A stretch of DNA of 64,000 bases from Iphione sp. A-MEVVRFRX5 (Eukaryota). The stretch is taken from assembly GCA_976226885.1 (NCBI GenBank), contig OZ320314.1, forward strand, positions 72,478,001 to 72,542,000, in the 5' to 3' direction. The stretch's first letter is position 1. Each line of letters starts with the position of its first letter. Positions 14,101 to 26,000 of this stretch are shown here, one piece after another. Below the pieces are notes generated by a model. That model made no database searches. It saw only the letters and a program-made list of their open reading frames with translations, and was not told the DNA's origin. The position numbers and the translations under genes are program-made.

Positions 14101-16692
14101 TCGAAATGAGACACCCCAAAGCTTCGTCTGTATCTGGCAGCAAGTCAGGACTACATCTTCTCCAATACCGATGACCTGTAAGAGGTTTTAGAATGTCTTC
14201 AATGAGAAGGCGGGTGGTATCGCTCTCCCTGCGCTCGTTCCCTTGACACCGTAAGCGCCATCGGTTTAGAAGTAAAAACGGCCAGTCATCGACGGCGTAT
14301 GATCGATCCTATATGCTGGTCGGGTCGAGTCTGGTTTTCATCAGCCTAGCAGATTGAGACGTGTGACTGGAGCGGAGGTGGGTGTGGGAGCGACGGCCCC
14401 CGGATCGGAATAAAATGAACGCGGCAGCAAGCGGCCGTCGCACGCTCCCCGGATCAGTGTGTATCGTCACCACTGTCAGCCTCCAGTCGCAACTGGTCAG
14501 CTTGAGCTGCCACCTGGTGGACGGCTGGCAAGCAGCACCTTCTGGTAGTAAAGGGCCGGAGTGAAGGGCAGATAAATGGAGATGACACTTGCCACTGCCT
14601 TTCACCACCTGTAACACCCCGGGATCGCCACCAAGCGACTGTAGTCTCTAAGGTGTGCGAGGCGAAAGTGTGTGCATGTGAAAGACAGTCAGCGGCGGCT
14701 GCAGAGTGTGCCCGGGGGTTATCGGCGAAGGGTGGGTGGGGGAATGCATTGGCTCACGGCGAATAGAAAAGCTCTCTTTCCAGCTGTTACTGTAGTATAT
14801 CATGTCTTATCCTAAACACCCACTTACTGCATTCCTGCCAGCTCCTTCATCCATGTGCCATTTTCACCAGCCTTGGGCGCTACCTGCTAAAGGCTGCAGC
14901 ACTCAGGTCGGCCGCCGACCCAGCTTAGCCTGTTCGGGCGGGGCCAGGCCCGCCCCAGGAGATGTATACCCCGAAGTGAAACACCCTCACCCTCTCGGGC
15001 TTCACCTAGCACACGATCCAAATCGATCATTTTCGAAGCGAACAAAGTCAGGTCGGCTGTGGGTGACAGATCTGGGTCTAGACTGACTGTAATTGGATGG
15101 GCACGGCAGCATGGCTGAAGACTAGCCTCGTGCAAATTAGAACCCTTTATCGAAACACTGTACAACCTGTGCCAGAATGAGCCGGCCGGACGTAACATGG
15201 TCCCTATCGTAGATAGGGGTGGAACAGTGCCTCCCCTCGAGCTGACTGCCTCTCAACACTTGTGTGTATCTAATTTCTTACCCCAACTATTTCGGTCGAA
15301 ACCACCTCTAATTAGAAAGTCTAACGAGCGCAAAAGGTACCCTTTTATTACCCACCAACCGACAAAGGCTATATGTAATATCTAAGATATTATGGTATGA
15401 AACAAGAATATCATAATATGTTTGTACATGCATGTATACAGAGGGAGACTTATGTGGACAGTTCCAGGACAAAAGAATGTGAATGCTCATAGTCAAATTA
15501 CTTCAAGAATGAGACAGAGAGAAGAGTAAAGTATATCATGGGAGAACTTCCTGTACACCCTACTCTGTACGAAAGAAGTGCAATAAAATATTTTCAATTT
15601 CAATTTCCATCTTGTTGTGACTGGACAGCATCCTTCCAGTCTGCATTTCAACTGTAACTACAAAGTGTACACACACTGGTAGGTTTGATAGATACATTTT
15701 ATTCTTCACAGCCTACAGCACATCTTCAGCATCAGCACAGGTGAGTCCAACGAGAGCATCAGTGCAGCTCTCTTATATATTCAAGACCCTATGACAAGCA
15801 CTGCGCACCAACATTCTATGATCTGGAAAGAGTCATTAATTCAAGGTAGTTTGAACAATAGTTGTCAAATATTTTACAAGAGTGACATTACAACGCTAAG
15901 TAGCCAGGGTACCTCATAAGATGGTAAGATGATAAGAGCTACCTTGTTCATATGCAACTCTGTAAACAGTCATTACTCTGTTCAACAAGAATGGTTTCTA
16001 ATGAGAGCTGATTCTGAGCCTACGAGTATTAAAAATTTTGTTTGCGCACTTAGGAACTACTTCAAACAAGGCTTTACTTAACAATATATAACTGCACACT
16101 CTACATTACATCAGTACTTTGAGAACATTATTTCTAACAATGCATTCTCTATACTGTATTGCAAAACCCTCCCATGATTCTGCAGACAGGGACAGTCCCA
16201 ACAATAAAATACCAGTTCTGACTGAAAAAATTTTGATTTGACTTCAAAGTATACCGTATTTTGGGCCTCATTCCTTACAAACATTTATAAATATTACAGA
16301 CAAGAAGTATATATGCTTACTATTTTGATATGTACATATAAATATGTTGGTGGATGCCGAAATTGTATACAATGTACAGGCATGGGACGGTATGTAGCAT
16401 TTTATGTCTTCCATTGAACATCATTTTTCTCGATACATGGTAGAAACCTGGAAAGGCAACCAATCTAGTTTGGTCTCATTGGGGGTTATCTATATAGATA
16501 TTGAAGCCTAACTGGGACTTTAAAATCTTGGTCTCTTTCCCAAATTGGTCCCCCCATGATCTGGACTTGTACCAAGTCTTCACGGTTCATCTAAATGTGC
16601 TTGAGTTAAGGAAACAAATATGTATATATCTTTATTACATCGTAAACATAACCTTTTTGATCACAATGAATATACCGTCAAATGTGTTGTAA

Positions 16693-17044
16693 GGCCCCCC
16701 AAAAATAGGTGTCTTTCAGGTAACCCACCCCTACCTAGTAAAACCTAACCCTACCTAAAACTTTTTTGGTCCCAAAGAGTTTCCAAGGCTGAATTTCCTT
16801 AGATATGTGTTTTCATGACACATGTTTTGGGTAAATTCAGCAGAAAAACAACAAAATCCATGGAAATTCACCAAAAAACTGTAAAACTCATACAGATTGG
16901 TCAAATTTCTTGATATGCTCTTTATTATTGAAAACCAGAGGAAGAAACTGGAAAAAAAAATCTAAAGAAAAAAAAAAGATACCACCCCTCCCTACCTAGG
17001 TTTTTGGCTGGTCGTTACCAGAAACATACCTATTCTTTTGGGCC
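16693..17044. mobile_element. MITE, PIF/Harbinger-like (352 bp)
   Basis: Imperfect TIRs GGCCCCCCAAAAATAGGTGTCTTTCAGGTAAC versus reverse complement GGCCCAAAAGAATAGGTATGTTTCTGGTAAC. TAA on both flanks (16690-92, 17045-47). GGC(C) termini with a 3-bp TWA target duplication are typical of PIF/Harbinger. Confidence 0.75.
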
Positions 17045-20000
17045 TAATCACCTTGCTGGGAGACTTACTCTTAGTACAAAGGAAAGTGGGAACCTTTTCA
17101 GTATACATTTAATAATACTTGTGGAAAAATAAATGTAAAGGTAGTACAACTTCGCCTTTAGTAACTAAGAAAATAAGTGATTCAAATTAAACTGGCTGTA
17201 GCCCATCCAGGTAAGGACTAAGAATGCATTAAATGTTGACCTTTACAGAAAAACGTAACCTCCCCAAGAGAAATATTTCCAAACAAAACGCTAGTAAAAT
17301 TCATTAAACTGGAAAATTATAAAAAAGATAGTTTTGATGAAAGTGTTTGACTCTCAGTACCAGTATTTTTAACAATTTAAGTTCATATAATTTGACCTTT
17401 TTTAAAATGAAGACCAGATGTGTTAATTGGCTGAGAAAGACAAACAAATGATTTATGGCACACTCACTAAGATCACATTCCATTAAAGGCAAAGGGGCAG
17501 AGGGCTGCGATGGGATGACCTTTACAAATGGATCTCGGAAAGGAGGATGAATCTACTGGAGAACGTTCGGATACAAAGCATCGCTCATAGAGGTCGTGTG
17601 GGGGCTTGTCACCACTACTTGCGGGCCGAGCGTGGCTCTCGTCAGGCCAGCAAACGGCCACACAGGGACCCTTTCATTGTGGCGGATTAACCCCCACGCC
17701 TGTGTCTTCTCTCTACGCCCCTAGCTGATGGCGTCGCCGCCAACCTGCTTCTGCCTCCTCCCCCTAACTCCCACCCCTCCTCCCCAGCCCACCAGCCGGG
17801 GACTACTAGACGTCATCGGACATTGATGGCTTGTCGAAGGACCGACTGTTCCTAACGGGTCAGGTCCTGTGGTTGTCCCTCTACCGGCGGTTTATAGACC
17901 CAGCCTCATAGACATCTCCAATCTATGTCCTTCTAACAGTTCGGCGTCTTCAGGACTTCCTGTGTCGGGTTATTAGAGATGGCTGTATGCCCATCATGTA
18001 TAAATCATGAAACAGAAAGGTAACCAAACCTCTCTTCTAGTATGCACAGCCAAAGTAATATCTGTATACATGTCTATATGTACAACCTATATACATCGGT
18101 CTAGGAGGCATTTTGCATCCAGTAAAACTAGTCGTTACGTGGTTGTTTAATGTTTATAAAATTGGTCTGGATTCGAATAAATGCACGCCCTGCACAGCTA
18201 GGTCTCTCTTGTGATATTGACCAAGGGTCAGAAGTATCGACACAGGAGGGCGTGCTGAGCATGTTAATCGTTTCCCTTCAGCTTCCTCCAAACGGCTTAG
18301 GATATGCAATATGCTTTACCATTCATCCTCTGCGCTTCTATTTTCCCAACTTTCACCCCGTTCCATATTAGCCAACCGCACAGAGGTAATTCACATTTCA
18401 TCGCTCTCTTTTACATTGATTACAATTTATCTCACATATATATCCACAGGAAACGTATAATTCCGTATAAACGATAACGGTACCAACTAGGAGTAAGAAT
18501 ATACAGATTCTGTGGAGACAGACGTCTCTCTGCTTTGAGAGAAACCTTATGTTTGAAAATGATCTATCCAACAAAGGCTTACGGACATGATTGTACCAAT
18601 AGGCCTCTACGAACCAACACCATACTGTATTCTCGCTGGGGAAGGGAGTGGGAGGGGAGGGGGGGTACTGCGGAGAATCGAAGCACCCCAATTCCCCAAC
18701 TGACGTGATCCTGTGTACATTATACCAATCAATAGCATCCAGGGACAGCACCCCTTCACCATTACTCTCCCCCCAGGCTTTCTGTCCCTCCAGACGCAAG
18801 CCTACGCAACCCCTCGAACCTGGCTATGGTGTGAGGCGAGACCAATGGGGAAGCCACATGGGAAGCCATTGGCCAATCGTCGCCATTGTAATCTGTCATT
18901 TGCTATTTGTTCTGGAGGTTCGCGTACCAGAGGTTTTTCAAGCAATGGCGAGCCAGGTTCCAGAGACCAGATAGACATCGTATCGACAAACAACAACCCA
19001 TCTCGACATCAAATACTCCCATTGACAGGAAGCCGTTACATTCGGTGGCCACTGGAAATGGGGTCCTGAAGCAATACTCCAGCTCCAGCGACTCCACGCT
19101 GACACCACGTTAAGCGAGTAACCATTTATAGGTGTCCGTTAGACAGGCTTCACGTCTGCCATTCGTCTAAAGGCTGTGACAGCAGCAAGCGTCCTCCCCG
19201 CCAGCTGAAGATGAATCAGCGGTCGATAGGCAACAGCTGGGCCATGCCCCTTGCTTTATGCCGGAATAATAGCAATTTATTGCGATTTAAAACCACTGTA
19301 TCGCCCTCTCTTTCTGCCCGCACTACCTGCCAGTTGGACGTCAGTGCGCTCTGCTGGCAAATATTTACCGATTCTGGGGGGATAGCGAGGTAGCAGGCCA
19401 GGGGGTGGCGGGAGGCTAGGTTTACCGGTCCCTCAAGGGGGATGCTGATATGGCGGTCGTATTTGCTCGTACATGGACCATTTTAGAAGGGTCTGTCCTC
19501 TGAAGTGAAGGCCAGCGTACCCGCTCCACTGCCTCTGCTACTCTATGATAAAGCGCCCTGACTGGCCCCAAGGGGACGACGTTGTTCCTTACGTGGAATG
19601 GGTTCAGAGGAAGGCTGCGCTGGCTGTACTTGTTTCGCACGCGGCCCTGCTAGACCCTGCCTCCGGGCAACGTCACTGAACGAGCTAAGACAAGCCAATA
19701 ATTAGCTATCTTTGGAGAAAATGAAGATAGGGGATTTGGCCAAAACGTGGTGGTGCCAAGCATTCTAGTGTCCTACTGAGTCTGTAAGAATGTGCGAACT
19801 CATGCTGGTCACCTTTCACCAAGCAGATATCAAGCTCCGTCGGAGTCGAAGGCTTAGGGGTCTATTTTTGTTTCATAGCTATTTTCTCACGCCAAGAGGA
19901 CAGTGGGCAAATTTTTGAAAGATGAACAAGCAAGGGTCACGTTAACGGTGTCAGCCCGGTGTAAATACAGGTTATAACAACACTGTCTGCGTCGCTGCTT

Positions 20001-23000
20001 GAGTTCTCCGTGAAGAGCTGTTAGATTTTAATCTATGAACACTGTGGTAACCGGCCAAGTAGAGAAGAGATACACTAGAAAATCACAGCACTCATCCATA
20101 ATTTTAAAGTCTGTTCAAGATTCCCCCAAACTACTGACAGTGTTGGTACGTCTAAACGTACGGACAAAATTGAGCTGTGGCTTTCTCCAGTGGCGGGCGC
20201 AAACACTTGATTTTTTGTGAAAGAAGCGTTCATGTAGTTCTTGACCCCGTCCTGCACAGTGTTTATCCATGTCGGTTTTCCTTAGACAGAGCACTCTTGC
20301 TTCGATCGTGCTTGCACTTGAAATTCGTGTTGACACTCAGCAAATTATTTCACCAACCTAAACAAATTATGTTAATGATGCTTTCCATTTGGCATGTAAT
20401 CACATCAAAGGTTCCTCGATTTCAAGCGTAAAGGTTTGTAATTAGAATAAACCCAGTAAGAAGCGCACCACAAGAATAGCTCAAAACATTTGACGGCAAT
20501 ATAGAAAACAAATTTAGCTGATATCGTTGGCGAAGCACACAGTAGAAAATATTCAATCTGCACGAGAGTCCATAGCCGCCGCTCCCAAATGTGGAACCAA
20601 TTTAGCGACATCTTCCGGCACAATCCACAGTTCTCCGCGCCCAGCCTCACGTGTTTGACAGCAGACGGGACCAGTGCCTGTGCCTGGGTGAGTGGGAATG
20701 GGTTTTAAATGGAATTGTGCACCGGAGAGAAAGGTTGAACCTTTTGGACCTCTGCCACGGGTCGGATTGAACCTCCCCCGTTTATCTCTATGTAGGGAGG
20801 CTGTAATCGCCGCTTGGGGGCAGATCACTCGCGAGTCACGCGGTTTCTCGCCCGGCACGGGAACCCTACGAAAGTAATTGAATAGGTAGCAATCAAAGCC
20901 ACAAACGTGATGAAGCCCTCGCAAGTAGGACGCATTACATCGCACTACTATGGGGGATCGAAAGAGTCGTAATTGACAGTATCCTTCAAACGGGAAAGGC
21001 CACAGCTTATAAAAGAAATGTGTCATTCTTGAGTTGATTTTGAAAATAAAAATATTCAATAACAGGACAAGGTATATACACTTCATATGAGTGTTACATG
21101 ATTAAATTTAGTAGAGATGATAATACAGTCTCAAATAGTATACTTTACTCTGTTAAGCTGAAATTACCTAGGAGACATAAACGGAGGCCAATAAAGTCTC
21201 TACGTTTTTTTCACTCTACGGCCTATGCTTGCTGACGCAGGCTTTCTCGCAGAAGTTTGGAACGTTATCGTTTATCGAGCAAGAGGGTCGATGGTCCGCG
21301 GATAACGCTGGATTTAATCATTGCCTGCTGATAGTCCGCGCAGCCGACAGAGGACGCGTACGTCACCAAGGATTCAAACCCAGCCTCGTGACGCTAATAG
21401 ACCCTGATAGTCTTGGCTCTTAGGGAGCATAGCAATAGGTCACATCGCGAGGTATTCACGTCACCTGTACCAGCTAGGAAAGAAAGAACCATAGATTACT
21501 GAACTCAATGTGCAACTGGATGAAGCTAGTGGCAACTTTTAACTTAGTTTATTCGGCATAGCCTCTGGCATTCTACGAGGGGATACTTGCTGTGGAACCA
21601 ACACCACAGGACCACAATTCACTGTAGATGGTCAAGCTCCGGTGTACTCGACCCCTCCTCCAAAGCTCAATGCCCTGACAAGCAATGGCCAGTTAAGACG
21701 TGGTGTGGCTAGTGTATGATCCACTGGCAGAGCGAGACAGCCCTGACAGGTGTGAAGCAGGCAGACGGAGCCCTCGTTTGCCAGCCGCCGCAAGGTGTGG
21801 AGAGGCATTCAGCACACCTGAGCCCTCACCGACCCTACCTACCGCCCTGCCAGGTCTAGCCGTCTAGCCGAGAAGACGGCAATTAGTATCCCGCGCGTGT
21901 TGGTCTTTGTAGGTTAACTAAGCGGCCATTTGCAGTGCTGTGCTTTGTAGGGACCAAATAATACTGTGAAATATTGAACGGCGGTGGCTAGCAGGCATTG
22001 CAAGCAGTAATGCACTATTGATGCGAGCGCCTCTGTGCCTGATGGATTGCAGTAAGGTACTTGTGAGACATGTCGCCCCATGACGGACACGAGATGCATA
22101 CAGTGGCCCTCAGGGTCTGTGCGCTCCGCCGTCGACGTGACCCAATCACTAGAACACTACCTGACAGGGGTCGTGTGGGTAGCCAGCTATTGATGACTGC
22201 TACATGAAGAAGGCATAAGATTTGCAGACACTGCTGCTGCTGTAACTCAGCCGAACGACAAGACGAAAGCAAGAAATTTTGTGGTTTGGTGATTAGTTAT
22301 CGGCATGCTTAGTTGTCACAGATAATATGGGAAGGCCGGCCGTGGAGAGAAATAGAAACGTGTATGGACTTCTGGTGAACGGGTGGTAAGGCAGACTGCT
22401 ATTGTCTACCGGTTTTTCAAAGCAGACACTCTCAGAACAATGCAGCCCACAGCCGTTCGTCGGTGACATAAGAATGACCTGGATCGTGGGAGACAACCTG
22501 AGGACAGCTGCCCCCTCCCACCTACCAGGCATCGCCTTCTCCTTCGAGGCCTATTCATCTGAAGCGCATCCATTCTCATCCCTCAAGGACGACGGTAGCA
22601 GCGGCGGGGCTAGCCAAACCCGCACACTAGAGGGCGAAGTGGGCTGCCCACTACAGGGCCCGCCGAACACCGTGGGCACCCTGCGGTAGGACATAACGGG
22701 GGCCTGCCACTAGGGAGTAGCTCGCTGTAGCAAATGGTGCTCAAATAGCGACTTATCTCTTCCTGGCTATTATTCAATGAGCATATCGATACAAGGAAAA
22801 AATACCCTACATGAACAGATAGAGTCCTTTGTTGACGACACGCAGTTAGCTACAATGTTTCCAGCAAGAAATAATTGGGCATCCATGGCAAATACTGGAA
22901 TCCTAGTGCTTTTTGCGATAAGCTCCTCAGTGAAGACGAAAGGGACTGACGCCTTCATGTACTTAATGAACCACAAAAAGAAATATCACGAGCCGTTTGC

Positions 23001-26000
23001 ATTGTTAAGTACGCCCTGGGAGTAGACACTACTGTTAGTGTTTATTCAGTAGAAAGGAAAGCACAGACAGAGATGCATGATGTGCTGAACGACCGCAAGA
23101 GGGAGTTGTTGCAATGCGTGGCAGGCTCTTGCAGCCGTCGTCCCCAGCGCCTTTCAGATATCCATTACACGTCCATGGCCGAACCAGCTGAAGGGCTTAA
23201 CCCACCTGGCTTGGCGTGATACTCCACCGATACCATACTGACACTCAGAGATGAATGGGCATTAGTCTAATAGAAATGGTTCTAGATCTCATTAGCCACT
23301 TCCCCGCAGTCCACGTATGCGCACACGAAGCTACTACAGAAGAGGGTTTACCCGTCTTGCCTCTTACAATCCAACCTCTGTATGCGATAGCTGAAGTAAC
23401 AGTACCAAAGGGCAGTAAAGCACTGGTTTGTTAGAAAGAGTATAGAGGTGAAAATGAATGAATAAATGAATGAAGACAGTGGAGATGAGTCTAGTGCGAA
23501 AATTATTATTAGATAATATACATACATGGGTGCCATGTGTCGAGAACTGGACATCTGCAAAGCTAGTCGCTTGATGTCCGGCATTGCAAAAAAAGATAGA
23601 GATGTAGATGAATAAAACGACTGATACCCACGGAAGATATTAAGAGAAAGGCAGATTGAGATGAAAGGGTAAAAGCATATTCACCCAACATAGATACATT
23701 TAAGGTTTAAAAAACTCCAAAAGGCATCTTGAAGCCATTTTAAATATCATTTCATACTGGTTTCAACTGTAATACGTTGCAGTTCTCTTCTCTGGTTTTA
23801 AGATGGAATAAGTGTGCTAATGGCCTGTCAGAAAAAGAAACGTCAGTCTAAAAAAGTGTCTCTACAACATCCGTCTCAGCTGGCTTGAGACACGACTACA
23901 GTCACAGGAAGCTAACAGTCTATTCAGGTGATGCCTGAGGTCTGAGAAGATAGTAGGAGTAGGTCTAGGCTGCCTCGCTCACTTTAGTCACCACGGACTG
24001 CTATTGAGGCGTTACAGCCAACCGCAGTTCAAGGGATGGTAGCCTGAGATAGGGTGCTGATGAAACAGCACTATGGCTCGAGGTGAGCCGTGCCAGCAGC
24101 ACACATGTACGAAGACCCTCTGTCAGTATCAGGATGCGTTGTCATCGTCCAGGTAGCAGACTTATTCAGATCAAGAGATTTATATGCCCAGATACCAATG
24201 TAATGGACATATATTTACATGGTGGCACTTGTATATATAGGTATGGAATTATTTAGTACTCTCAAATATCAACCTTAACGGATGGCACTGAATAGAGCAA
24301 TGCCTCTCAATCAATGGCTTCTTTGTGCCTGTTTTATTCCCTTCTCCTTTGCCTCCCACATGCTGAGGCATGCACTTCCTTCTTCTTCGTCCGTCTTACA
24401 GTTCTTCATTTCTTCTTGTAGTATTTCATTCCCTCTGTCTCTCTTTCTTTCTTTCTTTCTTCCACGGCTCTCTCGCTATTCATTCGGCCAGAGTTAGCGT
24501 ATGAGTATTCCCGAGAAGATGATAAACGATGGAGCTAACATGCTGCCACCAACCAGTAATCATACGGGATATTAGCTGCGGGGCACTGCCGAAGAAGAGG
24601 AACGTGTCGCGTGTCCCGCAAAGCCCACCCACCCTCTCTGCCCCCCCCCCCCCACCCCTCAACACCCATCCACCCAACCTCGGGGCCCATCGCGCGACTA
24701 AATATAGACGCGTGCATCGGAGGTGATGAATGGAGCCATGATGAATGTTAAAGACCCAGATGGCCAGAGAAGGCATGACAGTGGGCGGCGGCGGAAAACG
24801 TTGATCGTAGGTGTGTCAGGGACCTGAGCCCTCCTCCACTGTGTGCCACCAACACCACGACCACCCATCCGCCAATACTATTGCCCGCCCTACCACCATC
24901 TGTTCGGGGAAGGTCCTTGCCTGTTGCCGTAGACAGATCGATGGAACAGCGGTGATCACAGATCACGATCAATGGGCTGTAATTCACACTACCTACTGTT
25001 GTAAACGTAGGGTCCTTTTCTTCATTATTACTTAAAAGATAAAACTCGAGAATCGTAGAGTTGATACTGAGATTGCTACCTCACAGAATAATGCCTACAA
25101 AATTAAAATGCACTTATTTCTTGATTACTAATCAAGAAACTACTGTCTATGCCAGGTAGTTGCTTAGCCCCAAATATGGTTTGAGTAATAATGCCTAGTC
25201 TAGACCATGTCCCATTGCGTGACCAGATCAGTTCCGACGCTCTCTTTTTCGAAACAAAGTATAATTTGGGTAAGAACAACACATTCTTTTTTAAAGCTCC
25301 ACGCCAGTAAACGAGGGCACTGTCGAAATGTTCGCTCACAAAATACAATAGTTCCGGTGAATTAGGATAAAAATATTTTAATTGTTCGTGGATTATTCTT
25401 GCTGACCAGCTATTTCGCTTTCGATTCAATTCGAGGAAAAATCTCCAAAATTTTCCCGTCGGCAATTGAGTGGCTCCCTGCCAGTTAGCCCGGAATAAAT
25501 GAGGGACGAACCAATTACATGCTGAGAAAATTGTAATCACCGCCGCCATTTGTCGACTGGCAGCCGCTGGATGGCGTGGACTGTGTTGACATCAGTGGCT
25601 GATCCCATGTGGCGATTCGGAGATGAGGTCCCAGCTTGTTGAGTGCATGCTACTCGCCAAGTCCCACAGTTACCTTAATCAACGCAGGGACCCAAAATAT
25701 TTAATTCTCATTGCCAGTGCATAAAAAGAGGTTCTTCCCGAAGCAAATCGGGAGGCGCCGGTCAGAGTAATCAGAATAATGAGACTGGATAAAACATATC
25801 GAACTGGGATGGGCTGGCTCAGAGGGTTCAAGCTGCCTGCAGTGCTAGTAGAGCAGGTAGCACAGAACAGCTCATTTAATAGGAAGGTATTACGCCCGCA
25901 AACAATGCCTCTTTTCACATACTTCTCACGTTCACTCAAGCTCGACGCCTAACCTGCCCACTCATCTCCAAGAGTTCCTCGCTGAACCTAGCACTGTGAT

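Noticed and set aside
20115-20336. KSSVCARHW resembling the THAP domain VCSxHF motif
   Set aside because: The N-terminal CxxxxC, the conserved W/P and the terminal F are missing.
22777-23025. ORF containing FVDDTQL, resembling the RT YADD box
   Set aside because: No upstream QGS..GP or D.SKAFD motifs; a single short motif is compatible with chance.
24050-24125. CTGATGA suggestive of a hammerhead ribozyme core (also checked reverse-strand hits at about 2610, 14338, 27661, 29431, 46074, 58350 and 61530)
   Set aside because: None has stem II followed by GAAA in the required arrangement. At 24053-24070 the motif is just part of a small GTGCTG/CAGCAC hairpin.
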